Positions 1 through 10,003 of a stretch of 64,000 nucleotides of DNA are shown here, piece after piece. The number at the start of each line of letters is the position of its first letter. Within the stretch, counting starts at the first letter, position 1. The position numbers and the translations under genes were made by a program. The notes under the pieces were generated by a model. It searched no databases. It was given only the letters and a program-made list of their open reading frames with translations, and was not told where the DNA came from. The DNA comes from an uncultured Mycobacterium sp. (GTDB lineage Bacteria; Actinomycetota; Actinomycetes; Mycobacteriales; Mycobacteriaceae), in the NCBI GenBank assembly GCA_964611465.1, contig CAZTAA010000012.1, forward strand, positions 4,765-68,764, in the 5' to 3' direction.

Positions 1-622
1 CCGCACCCTGCAGCGCGCCGGTGCCGACACCGCCGACACCGACGATCACCACGTCGTCACCGGGCCGGACGTCGGCGCTGCGCACCGCCGAGCCGTAGCC
101 GGTGGTGACGCCGCAGCCGACCAGGCAGGCCACCTCGAACGGGATGGACGGGTCGATCTTCACCACCGAACTCTTGTGCACCACCATGTACGGGCTGAAG
201 GTGCCGAGCAGCGTCATCGGAATCACCGGTGTGCCGTCGGCGGCGTGGACGCGGTGGGTGCCGTCGGACACCGCGGTACCGGCGAGCAGGCCCGCGCCCA
301 GGTCGCAGAGGTTGCGCAGGCCGGCCTGGCAGGACGGACACTCGCCGCAGGACGGGATGAACGAAAGCACGACGTGGTCGCCGGGCGCGATGTGCTCGAC
401 GCCGGGCCCGACTTCGGTGACGATGCCGGCGCCTTCGTGCCCGCCGAGGACCGGGAAGCCGGCCATCGGGATGTCACCGGTGACCAGATGATGGTCGGAG
501 TGGCACATACCCGAGGCTTCCATCTGGATCTTGACCTCGTCTTTGACGGGGTCGCCGATCTCGATCTCCTCGATGGTCCAGGGCTGGTTGAACTCCCAGA
601 TCAGAGCGCCTTTTGTCTTCAT
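1..622 (-). CDS. adhB: Zn/NDMA-dependent alcohol dehydrogenase (Rv0761c-like); runs off the left edge of the window
   Basis: Reverse strand reads MKTKGALIWEFNQPW...GMCHSDHHLVTGD...GHEGAG...CGECPSCQAG; start ATG at 622. Confidence 0.92.
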   Translation of the reverse strand, partial: MKTKGALIWEFNQPWTIEEIEIGDPVKDEVKIQMEASGMCHSDHHLVTGDIPMAGFPVLGGHEGAGIVTEVGPGVEHIAPGDHVVLSFIPSCGECPSCQAGLRNLCDLGAGLLAGTAVSDGTHRVHAADGTPVIPMTLLGTFSPYMVVHKSSVVKIDPSIPFEVACLVGCGVTTGYGSAVRSADVRPGDDVVIVGVGGVGTGALQGA

Positions 623-646
623 CTGAACCTGCTTTCCGCTACAGCT

Positions 647-683
647 GACTAGAGCCTCTAGCCAACAGACTAGAGGCTCTAGT
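647..683. promoter_or_regulatory. Double palindrome: 14-bp inverted repeat made of two CTAGAG-N-CTCTAG units
   Basis: 648-661 ACTAGAGCCTCTAG and 670-683 CTAGAGGCTCTAGT are exact reverse complements with an 8-nt loop; function (operator or terminator) is inferred. Confidence 0.5.
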
Positions 684-700
684 TAGGTGGACGACAACCC

Positions 701-725
701 CCCCGAATCAACCGCTTGGTCGGGG
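701..725 (-). terminator. Possible hairpin just downstream of the NTF2-like gene
   Basis: CCCCGA(701-706)/TCGGGG(720-725) with inner ACC/GGT pairing. Confidence 0.3.
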
Positions 726-734
726 TGGGTGGAG

Positions 735-1274
735 TCACCAGATCTTGACGGGGGCCTCGCCGAGCGGATAGTAACCGGGCAGTTTCTCGCCGGCCAGGCT
801 CCGCTCGATGCGCTTCTGCATCGTCGGCGTCAGGTCGCCGGAACTGATCAGGTTCATGAACGCCTTCTGCACGTGGCCGAAGTCGAAGAAGTCCCGCTGC
901 CACTCGATGAGCAGCTCATCGTTCAACCGGAACCAACTGCCGCCGATGCCGTAGATCTCGTCGGTCGAACCGTCGGACTTGTTGGCGATCTGCTTCCAGA
1001 ACCCGACGATCTCGCTCTGCTTCTCGTCGATGAGCACCTTCTGGTACTCGTAGACCCAGTTCTCCAGGCCTTCCATCTCCAGACCGAGCGCCACGTCGCG
1101 GATCTCGTCGCGGCCCACGCACATGACGTCTTCCTTGGGGCCGATGTTCCAGCCGTAGGTCGCGTCCTCGGTGTAGAAGTCGGCCAGCGGCTTCCAGTCA
1201 CCGGCGATCTCGGCGTCCCGGTTGGCCTTCAGCCAGCGCTGGACCCAGTCTTCGAGTTGTTCGCGTGAAGCCAT
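735..1274 (-). CDS. NTF2/SnoaL-like protein (Rv0762c-like)
   Basis: MASREQLEDWVQRWL...FYTEDATYGWNIG...WQRDFFD; syntenic position. Confidence 0.88.
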   Translation of the reverse strand: MASREQLEDWVQRWLKANRDAEIAGDWKPLADFYTEDATYGWNIGPKEDVMCVGRDEIRDVALGLEMEGLENWVYEYQKVLIDEKQSEIVGFWKQIANKSDGSTDEIYGIGGSWFRLNDELLIEWQRDFFDFGHVQKAFMNLISSGDLTPTMQKRIERSLAGEKLPGYYPLGEAPVKIW

Positions 1275-1275
1275 G

Positions 1276-2861
<1,586 letters not shown>

Positions 2862-2870
2862 CTGATTCTC

Positions 2871-3680
2871 CTAGATTTCCACTCGAAGTTTCTGTCGGTC
2901 GGTGACGTCGGCGAGCGGAGCTTCGGGCTGAATCTCCAACTCGGCGATGAAACCGCCACGCGGTGTTTCCGCGACGAAAGTGATGGCCCGCGCGAGGTCG
3001 GCCGCGCGCAGGAAATAGTCGTGCCGGGCCTGACCCCACTTGGCCCAGTCCTCGAGCATTGCGCCGACCTTGTCCATGTCGGCGCTCCAGCCCATGGCGG
3101 TCTTGGTCGGTCCGGGGTGCACCACCGAAGCCCGCACGCCGGTGCCTTCGAGTTCCATCTGCAGGGTTTTCGCCATGGCGAGCAGGCCGGCTTTGGCGGC
3201 GCCGTAGCCGCCCATGTGCGGCCGCGGCCGCAGCGAAACATCGGATCCGACGAAGATGATGTCACCGCGACGCCGCTCCACCATGCCCGGAAGTACTGCT
3301 GCGGCAAGGCGGTTCGCGCCTATCAGGTGAATCTGGATCTGCTGTTCGAATGTCTCGGTGTCGATCTCGTGCAGCTGACCGAAGAAGGTGTCACCGGCGC
3401 CGGCGACCAGCAACTCGATGTCACCGAGTGCCTCGGTCGCCCCGTGCACGAAGTTCTTGACCGAACCGGCGTCGGTCACGTCCAGCGGCAGCGCGACGGC
3501 TTCGCCGCCGTCGGCGACGATCTTGTCGGCGAGTTCCTGGCAGATCTCCACCCGGCGGGCGCCAAGGGCGACCGGAAAGCCATGCGCCGCAAGTTCGGTC
3601 GCGGTGGCCGCACCGATGCCGGAGGATGCGCCGGCGACGATCGCGGGCCGGCGGGCGGGGTGCGGTTCGAAACGCGCCAT
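2871..3680 (-). CDS. SDR oxidoreductase (Rv0765c-like)
   Basis: MARFEPHPARR start; GASSGIG; YGAAK. Confidence 0.9.
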   Translation of the reverse strand: MARFEPHPARRPAIVAGASSGIGAATATELAAHGFPVALGARRVEICQELADKIVADGGEAVALPLDVTDAGSVKNFVHGATEALGDIELLVAGAGDTFFGQLHEIDTETFEQQIQIHLIGANRLAAAVLPGMVERRRGDIIFVGSDVSLRPRPHMGGYGAAKAGLLAMAKTLQMELEGTGVRASVVHPGPTKTAMGWSADMDKVGAMLEDWAKWGQARHDYFLRAADLARAITFVAETPRGGFIAELEIQPEAPLADVTDRQKLRVEI

Positions 3681-3706
3681 CTCGATGGAAACCTTTCCCG
3701 GACTTC

Positions 3707-4924
3707 TCAGCGGACCTGGATGGTGATGGGGAGGTGTGCGAATCCGCGCACGTTGCTGGAGTGCACCCGCACGGAGTTGGCTTCGTCGACCTCGAAGCCG
3801 CGGATCCGTCTGAACAGTTCGGTCAGCGCCACCCGCGCTTCCATCCGGGCCAGGTGCGCACCGAGGCAGAAGTGTGCGCCGCTGCCGAAACTCAGGAGTT
3901 TGGCACCGATTTCGCGACCGATGACGAAGTCGTCGGGGTTTTCGAAGACCCGCTCGTCGCGATGTGCCGATCCGGGCAGCAACAGCACGATCTCGCCGTC
4001 GCCGATGGTGGTGTCGTAGAACGTGACCTCGCCCTGCACCGTGCGGGCCAGGATCTGGCTGGACGTGTCGTAGCGCAGCGTCTCCTCGACCCACAGCGGA
4101 ACACGCTCCGGGTCCGAGTACACCGGGGTCAGCTGGTCGGGGTTCCGGTGACCCCAGAACGCGGCATTGGCAAGGAGTTTGGTGGTGGTCTCATTGCCGG
4201 CGATCACCATCAGGAACATGAAGCCCAGGATCTCGTCGTCGGTGAGTTTGTCGCCGTCGATCTCGGCGGACAGCAGCGCGGAGGTCAGATCCTCGGTCGG
4301 TTGTTTGCGACGCTGGGCGACCATCTCCTGGTAGTAGACGATCAGGTTGATCGACGCCTCGACCGCCTCCGGCGGCACGTCGGTGACGCCGTCCTCCCGG
4401 TGCATGACACCGTCGGCCCAGGCCCGCAACGTCTGACGGTCGGGCTCGGGTACGCCCATAAGTTCGGAGATGACGTCCATCGGCAGCTTGCCGGCGAACT
4501 CGGTCACGTAGTCGACGGTCGCGCCGGCGCCCACCTTCTCCAGCATGGTGTCCAGGTGCCGGTGCGTGATCTCGGTGACCCGCGGTTCCAGCTCGCGAAT
4601 TCGCCTGGGGGTGAAGCCCTTTGACACCAACGCCCGAAGCCGAAGGTGTGCCGGGTCGTCCATGGCGAGGAACGACATCGTTTTCGACGCGTGCGGCCCG
4701 CGGGATGCCGGGTCCAGTGAGACGCCGAACTTGTTCGACAGGGTGGTGCTGTTGCGGAACCCCGCCACGACGTCGGCGTGCCGCGAGAGGGCCCAGAACC
4801 CCAGCTTGTCGTTGCGGTACAGCGGGGCCTCGTCGCGCAGCCGCTTGTAATACGGATACGGGTCCTCGTGGAAGTCGTAGTCGTACGGGTCGAGGATCGG
4901 CGGGGTGTCGGTCTGGACTGTCAT
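3707..4924 (-). CDS. cyp123: Cytochrome P450 CYP123-like (Rv0766c)
   Basis: AGNETT, EETLR, FGSGAHFCLG; synteny. Confidence 0.88.
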   Translation of the reverse strand: MTVQTDTPPILDPYDYDFHEDPYPYYKRLRDEAPLYRNDKLGFWALSRHADVVAGFRNSTTLSNKFGVSLDPASRGPHASKTMSFLAMDDPAHLRLRALVSKGFTPRRIRELEPRVTEITHRHLDTMLEKVGAGATVDYVTEFAGKLPMDVISELMGVPEPDRQTLRAWADGVMHREDGVTDVPPEAVEASINLIVYYQEMVAQRRKQPTEDLTSALLSAEIDGDKLTDDEILGFMFLMVIAGNETTTKLLANAAFWGHRNPDQLTPVYSDPERVPLWVEETLRYDTSSQILARTVQGEVTFYDTTIGDGEIVLLLPGSAHRDERVFENPDDFVIGREIGAKLLSFGSGAHFCLGAHLARMEARVALTELFRRIRGFEVDEANSVRVHSSNVRGFAHLPITIQVR

Positions 4925-5523
4925 GGGTTTCTCGGGTCTCCCAGGATCAGGCCGACCACGAAGGTCAGCTGGTCTGCGATCTGTCGGTAGGTGAAGGCGC
5001 CGCTGCCGGCCTGGACGAGCGCGCCGAAGAACGTCATCTCCAGCGCGCCGACCGTGCGCGCATCGGCGTCCGGCCCGATCGCCGAGGCGATCCGGCGGTG
5101 GATCTCCGCGCCGATGCGGTTGCGGACGTGCAGCACGGCCTCGTCGTTGCCTGACATGAGGGCGGTGGTGCAGGCGGCGGCGACCTCGGGTTCGTCGGCG
5201 ACCACCAGCGTCAGGTGGCGCAGCACACTGTCGACCCGGGTCGTCAGCGTGTCGTTGACGTCGGTGAAGAAGGGCGCCTGGGTGACCAGGTCGAGGTAGA
5301 CCTCGGCGACGAGATGGTTCTTCGAGGAGAAGTAGGTATACGCGGTGGCGGGTGCGACGTTGGCGCGCTTGGCGACGGCACGGACCGTCAGGTCCGCGTA
5401 GGAGCTTTCCCGCAGCATGTCCCGGGCGGCGGCCAGCACCCTGCGGAAGGTCTCCTCCTGACGCCGGTTGCGCAACGGCGCCGGCCTAACGGGGGTGATC
5501 TCCACCGCGGAATCGCTGGACAC
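4921..5523 (-). CDS. TetR family regulator (Rv0767c-like)
   Basis: GTG start (SSDSAV...), HTH LTVRAVAKRANVAPATAYTYFSSK. Confidence 0.9.
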   Translation of the reverse strand: MSSDSAVEITPVRPAPLRNRRQEETFRRVLAAARDMLRESSYADLTVRAVAKRANVAPATAYTYFSSKNHLVAEVYLDLVTQAPFFTDVNDTLTTRVDSVLRHLTLVVADEPEVAAACTTALMSGNDEAVLHVRNRIGAEIHRRIASAIGPDADARTVGALEMTFFGALVQAGSGAFTYRQIADQLTFVVGLILGDPRNP

Positions 5524-5530
5524 ATGTCCA
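5517..5530. promoter_or_regulatory. Putative TetR operator TGGACA-CA-TGTCCA overlapping the TetR start codon
   Basis: Palindrome; the identical 13-mer GGACACATGTCCA recurs at 5664-5676. Confidence 0.7.
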
Positions 5531-5663
5531 ACGTATCGGACATGGGCCCGCGTAGGCAAGATGCGATCGGATAATCCCATGTCAGTCGCATATTTATGGA
5601 AATGAACGACGTCGCCCCTTGTCACCGGCGGTGGAGAGAGGCTATGTTCGGGCGGCAGTCATC

Positions 5664-5676
5664 GGACACATGTCCA
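5664..5676. promoter_or_regulatory. Second putative TetR operator, upstream of aldA
   Basis: GGACACATGTCCA, identical to 5518-5530. Confidence 0.7.
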
Positions 5677-5711
5677 GAGGTCATCAGCTCAGTACAGACG
5701 GAGTTTCAAAC

Positions 5712-7181
5712 ATGGCGCTGCTCGCCAATCGGGAAAGTCAGCTGCTCGTCGACGGCAAGCTCATCGGTGGCGGGGGCGGCACGTTCACGACGATCAACCC
5801 GGCCACCGAAGAGGTGCTCGGGACCGCGGCCGACGCCGACGCCGCCGACATGTCGAGTGCCATCGAGGCGGCGCGACGCGCTTTCGACGACACCGACTGG
5901 TCGCGCAACACCGAACTGCGGGTGCGGTGCATCCGCCAGCTGCGGCAGGCGCTCAAGGACAACATCGAGGACTTGCGCGAGCTGACCATCGCCGAAGTGG
6001 GCGCACCCCGCATGCTGACCTCCGGCGGTCAGTTGGAGGGCCCGGTCGACGACCTGTCGTTCTGCGCCGACACCGCCGAGAACTATTCCTGGACAACCGA
6101 TCTGGGTTTCGCGACGCCCCAGGGCATGCCGACCAACCGCACCATCGCCCGAGAAGCCGTCGGCGTCGTCGGCGCGATCACCCCGTGGAACTTTCCGCAC
6201 CAGATCAACCTGGCCAAGATCGGCCCGGCGCTGGCCGCCGGTAACACCCTGGTGCTCAAGCCCGCCCCGGACACACCCTGGATGGCGGCCGTGCTGGGCG
6301 AGTTGATCGTCGAACACACCGACTTTCCGGCCGGCGTCGTCAACATCGTCACCTCCAGCGACCACGGCGTCGGCGCGCTGCTCTCGAAAGACCCTCGGGT
6401 GGACATGATTTCGTTCACCGGCTCCACCGCCACCGGCCGGTCGATCATGGTCGACGGTGCGGCCACCATCAAGAAGGTCTTCCTCGAACTCGGCGGAAAG
6501 TCGGCGTTCCTGGTGCTCGACGACGCCGACGTGGCGGCCGCCTGTTCGATGGCGGGCTTCACCGCGTCGATGCACGCCGGCCAGGGCTGCGCACTGACCA
6601 CTCGTCTGGTGGTGCCGCGCGCCAAGTATGACGAGGCCGTCGAGGCGGCCGCGGCGACGATGGCGGGCCTGAAGGCCGGTGACCCCACCAACAAGCGCAC
6701 CGTGTGCGGGCCGGTGATCTCGGAGCGGCAGCGTGACCGGGTGCAGTCCTACCTGGATCTCGCGATCGAAGAGGGCGGCACGTTCGCCTGCGGGGGTGGG
6801 CGTTCCGCCGATCACGACAAGGGATTCTTCATCGACCCCACGGTGGTCGCCGGGCTGGACAACAACGCCCGGGTGGCGCGCGAGGAGATCTTCGGGCCCG
6901 TGCTGACCGTCATCGCCCATGACGGCGACGACGATGCGGTGCGGATCGCCAACGACTCCCCGTACGGCCTGTCGGGCACCGTGTTCTCCGCCGACCCCGA
7001 GCGGGCGGCCGGTATCGCCGCCCGGTTGCGGGTCGGCACGGTCAACGTCAACGGCGGGGTCTGGTATGCCGCGGACGCGCCGTTCGGCGGCTACAAGCAG
7101 TCCGGTGTCGGCCGGGAGATGGGCCTGGCCGGCTTCGAGGAGTACACCGAGATCAAGGTCATCGCCACCCTGGCGCCATGA
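5712..7181 (+). CDS. aldA: Aldehyde dehydrogenase (Rv0768-like)
   Basis: ITPWNFP, FTGST, LELGGKS, catalytic Cys in GQGC, EEIFGP. Confidence 0.92.
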   Translation: MALLANRESQLLVDGKLIGGGGGTFTTINPATEEVLGTAADADAADMSSAIEAARRAFDDTDWSRNTELRVRCIRQLRQALKDNIEDLRELTIAEVGAPRMLTSGGQLEGPVDDLSFCADTAENYSWTTDLGFATPQGMPTNRTIAREAVGVVGAITPWNFPHQINLAKIGPALAAGNTLVLKPAPDTPWMAAVLGELIVEHTDFPAGVVNIVTSSDHGVGALLSKDPRVDMISFTGSTATGRSIMVDGAATIKKVFLELGGKSAFLVLDDADVAAACSMAGFTASMHAGQGCALTTRLVVPRAKYDEAVEAAAATMAGLKAGDPTNKRTVCGPVISERQRDRVQSYLDLAIEEGGTFACGGGRSADHDKGFFIDPTVVAGLDNNARVAREEIFGPVLTVIAHDGDDDAVRIANDSPYGLSGTVFSADPERAAGIAARLRVGTVNVNGGVWYAADAPFGGYKQSGVGREMGLAGFEEYTEIKVIATLAP

Positions 7182-7196
7182 CACCTGCGGCCGAGC

Positions 7197-7243
7197 GTCG
7201 ACTTATGTCACGGATTCGGCCAAAAGCCGTGCAATAAGTCGAC
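7197..7243. repeat. Intergenic palindromic (REP-like) hairpin
   Basis: GTCGACTTAT(7197-7206)/ATAAGTCGAC(7234-7243) with inner CACGG/CCGTG. Confidence 0.6.
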
Positions 7244-7257
7244 ATTCGAGGAGAGAC

Positions 7258-8010
7258 ATGAGCAGATTCGAGAACAAGGTGGGCATCGTCACCGGGGCCG
7301 GCGGCGGCATCGGCCAGGCCTACGCCGAGGCGCTGGCCCGCGAGGGCGCCGCGGTGGTGGTCGCCGACATCAACGTCGAAGGCGCGCAGAAGGTCGCCGA
7401 CGGCATCAAGGGCGAGGGCGGCACCGCGCTGGCGCTGCCGGTCGACGTCTCCGATCCCGCGTCGGCCAAGGAGATGGCCGACCGCACGCTTGCCGAGTTC
7501 GGCGGCATCGACTACCTGGTGAACAACGCCGCGATCTTCGGCGGGATGAAGCTGGACTTCCTGGTCACCGTCGACCCCGAGTACTACAAGAAGTTCATGA
7601 GCGTGAACCTCGACGGTGCGCTGTGGTGCACCCGCGCGGTGTACAAGAAGATGGCCAAGCGCGGCGGTGGCGCGATCGTCAACCAGTCCTCCACCGCGGC
7701 CTGGCTGTACTCGAACTTCTACGGGCTGGCCAAGGTCGGCATCAACGGCCTGACCCAACAGCTGTCCCGTGAGCTGGGCGGCCAGAACATCCGAATCAAC
7801 GCGATCGCGCCCGGCCCCATCGACACCGAGGCCAACCGCACCACCACCCCGCAGGAGATGATCGCCGACATCGTCAAGGGTCTTCCGTTGTCCCGCATGG
7901 GAACTCCCGAGGACCTGGTCGGCATGTGCCTGTTCCTGCTCTCCGACGAGGCGAACTGGATCACCGGCCAGATCTTCAACGTCGACGGCGGACAGATCAT
8001 CCGGTCATGA
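7258..8010 (+). CDS. SDR oxidoreductase (Rv0769-like)
   Basis: TGAGGGIG, NNAA, YGLAK. Confidence 0.92.
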   Translation: MSRFENKVGIVTGAGGGIGQAYAEALAREGAAVVVADINVEGAQKVADGIKGEGGTALALPVDVSDPASAKEMADRTLAEFGGIDYLVNNAAIFGGMKLDFLVTVDPEYYKKFMSVNLDGALWCTRAVYKKMAKRGGGAIVNQSSTAAWLYSNFYGLAKVGINGLTQQLSRELGGQNIRINAIAPGPIDTEANRTTTPQEMIADIVKGLPLSRMGTPEDLVGMCLFLLSDEANWITGQIFNVDGGQIIRS

Positions 8011-8063
8011 GCCGCGCCGGCGATGATGCAGAGCTTGCGATGAGGAGGAGCTGCGCAATATGA
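8007..8063 (+). repeat. MIRU-like interspersed repeat with a coupling mini-ORF (MSRAGDDAELAMRRSCAI*)
   Basis: GCGCCGGCGATGATGCAGAGC..GCGATGAGGAGGAG core; its ATG overlaps the upstream TGA and its TGA overlaps the downstream ATG. Confidence 0.8.
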
Positions 8064-8932
8064 CGGCTGCGGAGGGCTGCAAACTCGGTTATATCGGCCT
8101 GGGCAATCAGGGCGCGCCCATGGCCAAGCGTCTCGTCGACTGGCCGGGCGGACTCATCGTCTTCGACGTACGTGCCGAAGCCATGGCGCCATTCGCCGAG
8201 GCCGGTGCCACCGCGGCGGACAGCGTGGCCGGTGTGGCCACCGCCGACGTCATCAGCGTGACGGTGCTCAACGACGAGCAGGTGCGTGATGTGGTCGCCG
8301 AACTGGCGGCCCACGCCAGGCCCGGCACCGTGATCGCCATCCACTCGACGATCGGTGCGGGGACCGCCGCCGAACTGGCAGAACAGCTGCGGCCCAAGGA
8401 AATTCACATCGTCGATGCCCCGGTCAGCGGCGGTGCCGGCGCCGCCGAGAAGGGCGAACTGGCCGTCATGGTGGGGGCGGACGAGGAGGCCTACGCCAAG
8501 GTCAAGCCGGTGTTCAAGAAGTGGGCGTCGATGGTGGTGCACGCCGGGGAGCCCGGATTCGGTACCCGGATGAAGCTGGCGCGCAACATGTTGACGTTCA
8601 CCGGGTTCGCGGCGGCCAACGAGGCGCTGAGGCTGGCGGAAGCGTCCGGGCTGGATCTGCAGAAGCTGGGCCGCGTGGTGCGCCACTCCGACGCCCAGTC
8701 CGGCGGACCGGGTGCCATCATGGTCCGTGACGACATGAAACCCCTTGAGCCGGACAACTTTCTGTACAACATGTTCCTGCATACCCGGGGGCTCGGCGAG
8801 AAGGACCTCGGTCTGGCCCTCGAACTGGGCGAGGCCGTCGGCGTGGAGCTGCCGCTGGCCGAGGTCGCGCGCCGCGACCTGGCCGCCGGACTCGGCGTCC
8901 CGCATACCGAGTCGACCACCACGAAGGAGTGA
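8060..8932 (+). CDS. NAD(P)-dependent 3-hydroxyisobutyrate dehydrogenase family protein (Rv0770-like)
   Basis: GYIGLGNQG, DAPVSGG, catalytic Lys in MKLARN. Confidence 0.88.
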   Translation: MTAAEGCKLGYIGLGNQGAPMAKRLVDWPGGLIVFDVRAEAMAPFAEAGATAADSVAGVATADVISVTVLNDEQVRDVVAELAAHARPGTVIAIHSTIGAGTAAELAEQLRPKEIHIVDAPVSGGAGAAEKGELAVMVGADEEAYAKVKPVFKKWASMVVHAGEPGFGTRMKLARNMLTFTGFAAANEALRLAEASGLDLQKLGRVVRHSDAQSGGPGAIMVRDDMKPLEPDNFLYNMFLHTRGLGEKDLGLALELGEAVGVELPLAEVARRDLAAGLGVPHTESTTTKE

Positions 8933-8937
8933 GTGCT

Positions 8938-9390
8938 ATGTCAGACGACGAGCTGCGCCGCAAGGGCCTGGCGAAGATGAACGAGGTCTACGGCTGGGAG
9001 ATGCCCAACATCGAGGGCGACCCGTACTTCGACCTGACCGTCGACCACCTTTTCGGCACGATCTGGAGCGAGTCCAGCCTGTCGATGCGGGAGAAGCGCA
9101 TCATGACGCTGGCCTGTGTGACCGCGGTCGGCCGGCAGGACCTGGCCGAGATCCAGATCAACGCCGCGCTGCTCAACGGTGAGCTCACCGACACCGAACT
9201 CAAGGAGATGGCGGTCTTCCTGACCCAGTACCTGGGTTTCCCGCTGGGCTCGGCGCTCAACGGCGCCGTCGACACGGTGGTCAACCGACGTCGTAAGGCC
9301 GCAGCCAAGGGTGAGGGCGAGGACAAGAAAGCCAACGTCAACGCGGCGTTGAAGATGCACTCCGGGACGTCGCTCGACGACATTGAGTAA
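8938..9390 (+). CDS. Carboxymuconolactone decarboxylase family protein (Rv0771-like)
   Basis: LFGTIW...LSMREKRIMTLA...YLGFP; synteny. Confidence 0.85.
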   Translation: MSDDELRRKGLAKMNEVYGWEMPNIEGDPYFDLTVDHLFGTIWSESSLSMREKRIMTLACVTAVGRQDLAEIQINAALLNGELTDTELKEMAVFLTQYLGFPLGSALNGAVDTVVNRRRKAAAKGEGEDKKANVNAALKMHSGTSLDDIE

Positions 9391-9465
9391 GTCGGCCGCA
9401 TTCCGACTATTCGGGGTCCTGCACGCGATCCCGGCGTCGTGGTACCAGCGTCAACAGTCCTGTGA

Positions 9466-9624
9466 CTACGGGGCTTCGGCGAGAGCCCTGACCCGCTCGT
9501 CGACCGGGCGGCCAGTCTTGGCGCTTGCCGCCACCGCGGCTTTGGCGGCGGCCTTGCGAACAGTGAGACTGCGTAACGGCGGGCGGTCTGTTGAGTCCGA
9601 CGATTCCGGCTGCTGCGCGGTCAT
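9466..9624 (-). CDS. 52-aa basic/Ala-rich hypothetical peptide (below the ORF-track cut-off)
   Basis: GGAAGGA Shine-Dalgarno; ATGA overlap with the upstream ORF; MTAQQPESS...RKAAAKAAVAASAKTGRPVDERVRALAEAP*. Confidence 0.6.
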   Translation of the reverse strand: MTAQQPESSDSTDRPPLRSLTVRKAAAKAAVAASAKTGRPVDERVRALAEAP

Positions 9625-9911
9625 GGTGTTCCTTCCCTGCCGGTACCGCCCAGGACCGCGTGTTCCGCGATGACCTGCACGATGTCGGAATCGTCCCTGG
9701 TTGCCAGTGTAGATCCGACCAAGGCGGCAAGCATCTTCCAGCCGAGCTCGGCTTGGGAGTCGTCCGCTACGAAGGTCCGCTCAAAAGCCCACGTCGTCCG
9801 TCGCCACCATTCACTTCGGCGATCTGCACGGTTCTTCTGCTGCCAGGTGATGATCACCCCGACGGCCGCGACACCACCGACGATCAAGGTCACCCACGCT
9901 TGTGCCGGCAT
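9621..9911 (-). CDS. Small single-pass membrane hypothetical protein
   Basis: N-terminal hydrophobic helix AWVTLIVGGVAAVGVIITW followed by RRSEWWRRTTWAFER; start could be further upstream (9968). Confidence 0.65.
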   Translation of the reverse strand: MPAQAWVTLIVGGVAAVGVIITWQQKNRADRRSEWWRRTTWAFERTFVADDSQAELGWKMLAALVGSTLATRDDSDIVQVIAEHAVLGGTGREGTP

Positions 9912-10003
9912 CGGCCAACCATTCCAGGTCCGCGTGTTCGATGCGTGCACCCCTGTGGATAGGCTCACGGCGTGCGCGTTCCAGTGACCGTTTCGGGTTG
10001 TCA

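Noticed and set aside
9407-9730. 107-aa minus-strand ORF from the track
   Set aside because: It overlaps two better-supported ORFs (9621-9911 and 9466-9624) that have an SD and ATGA coupling
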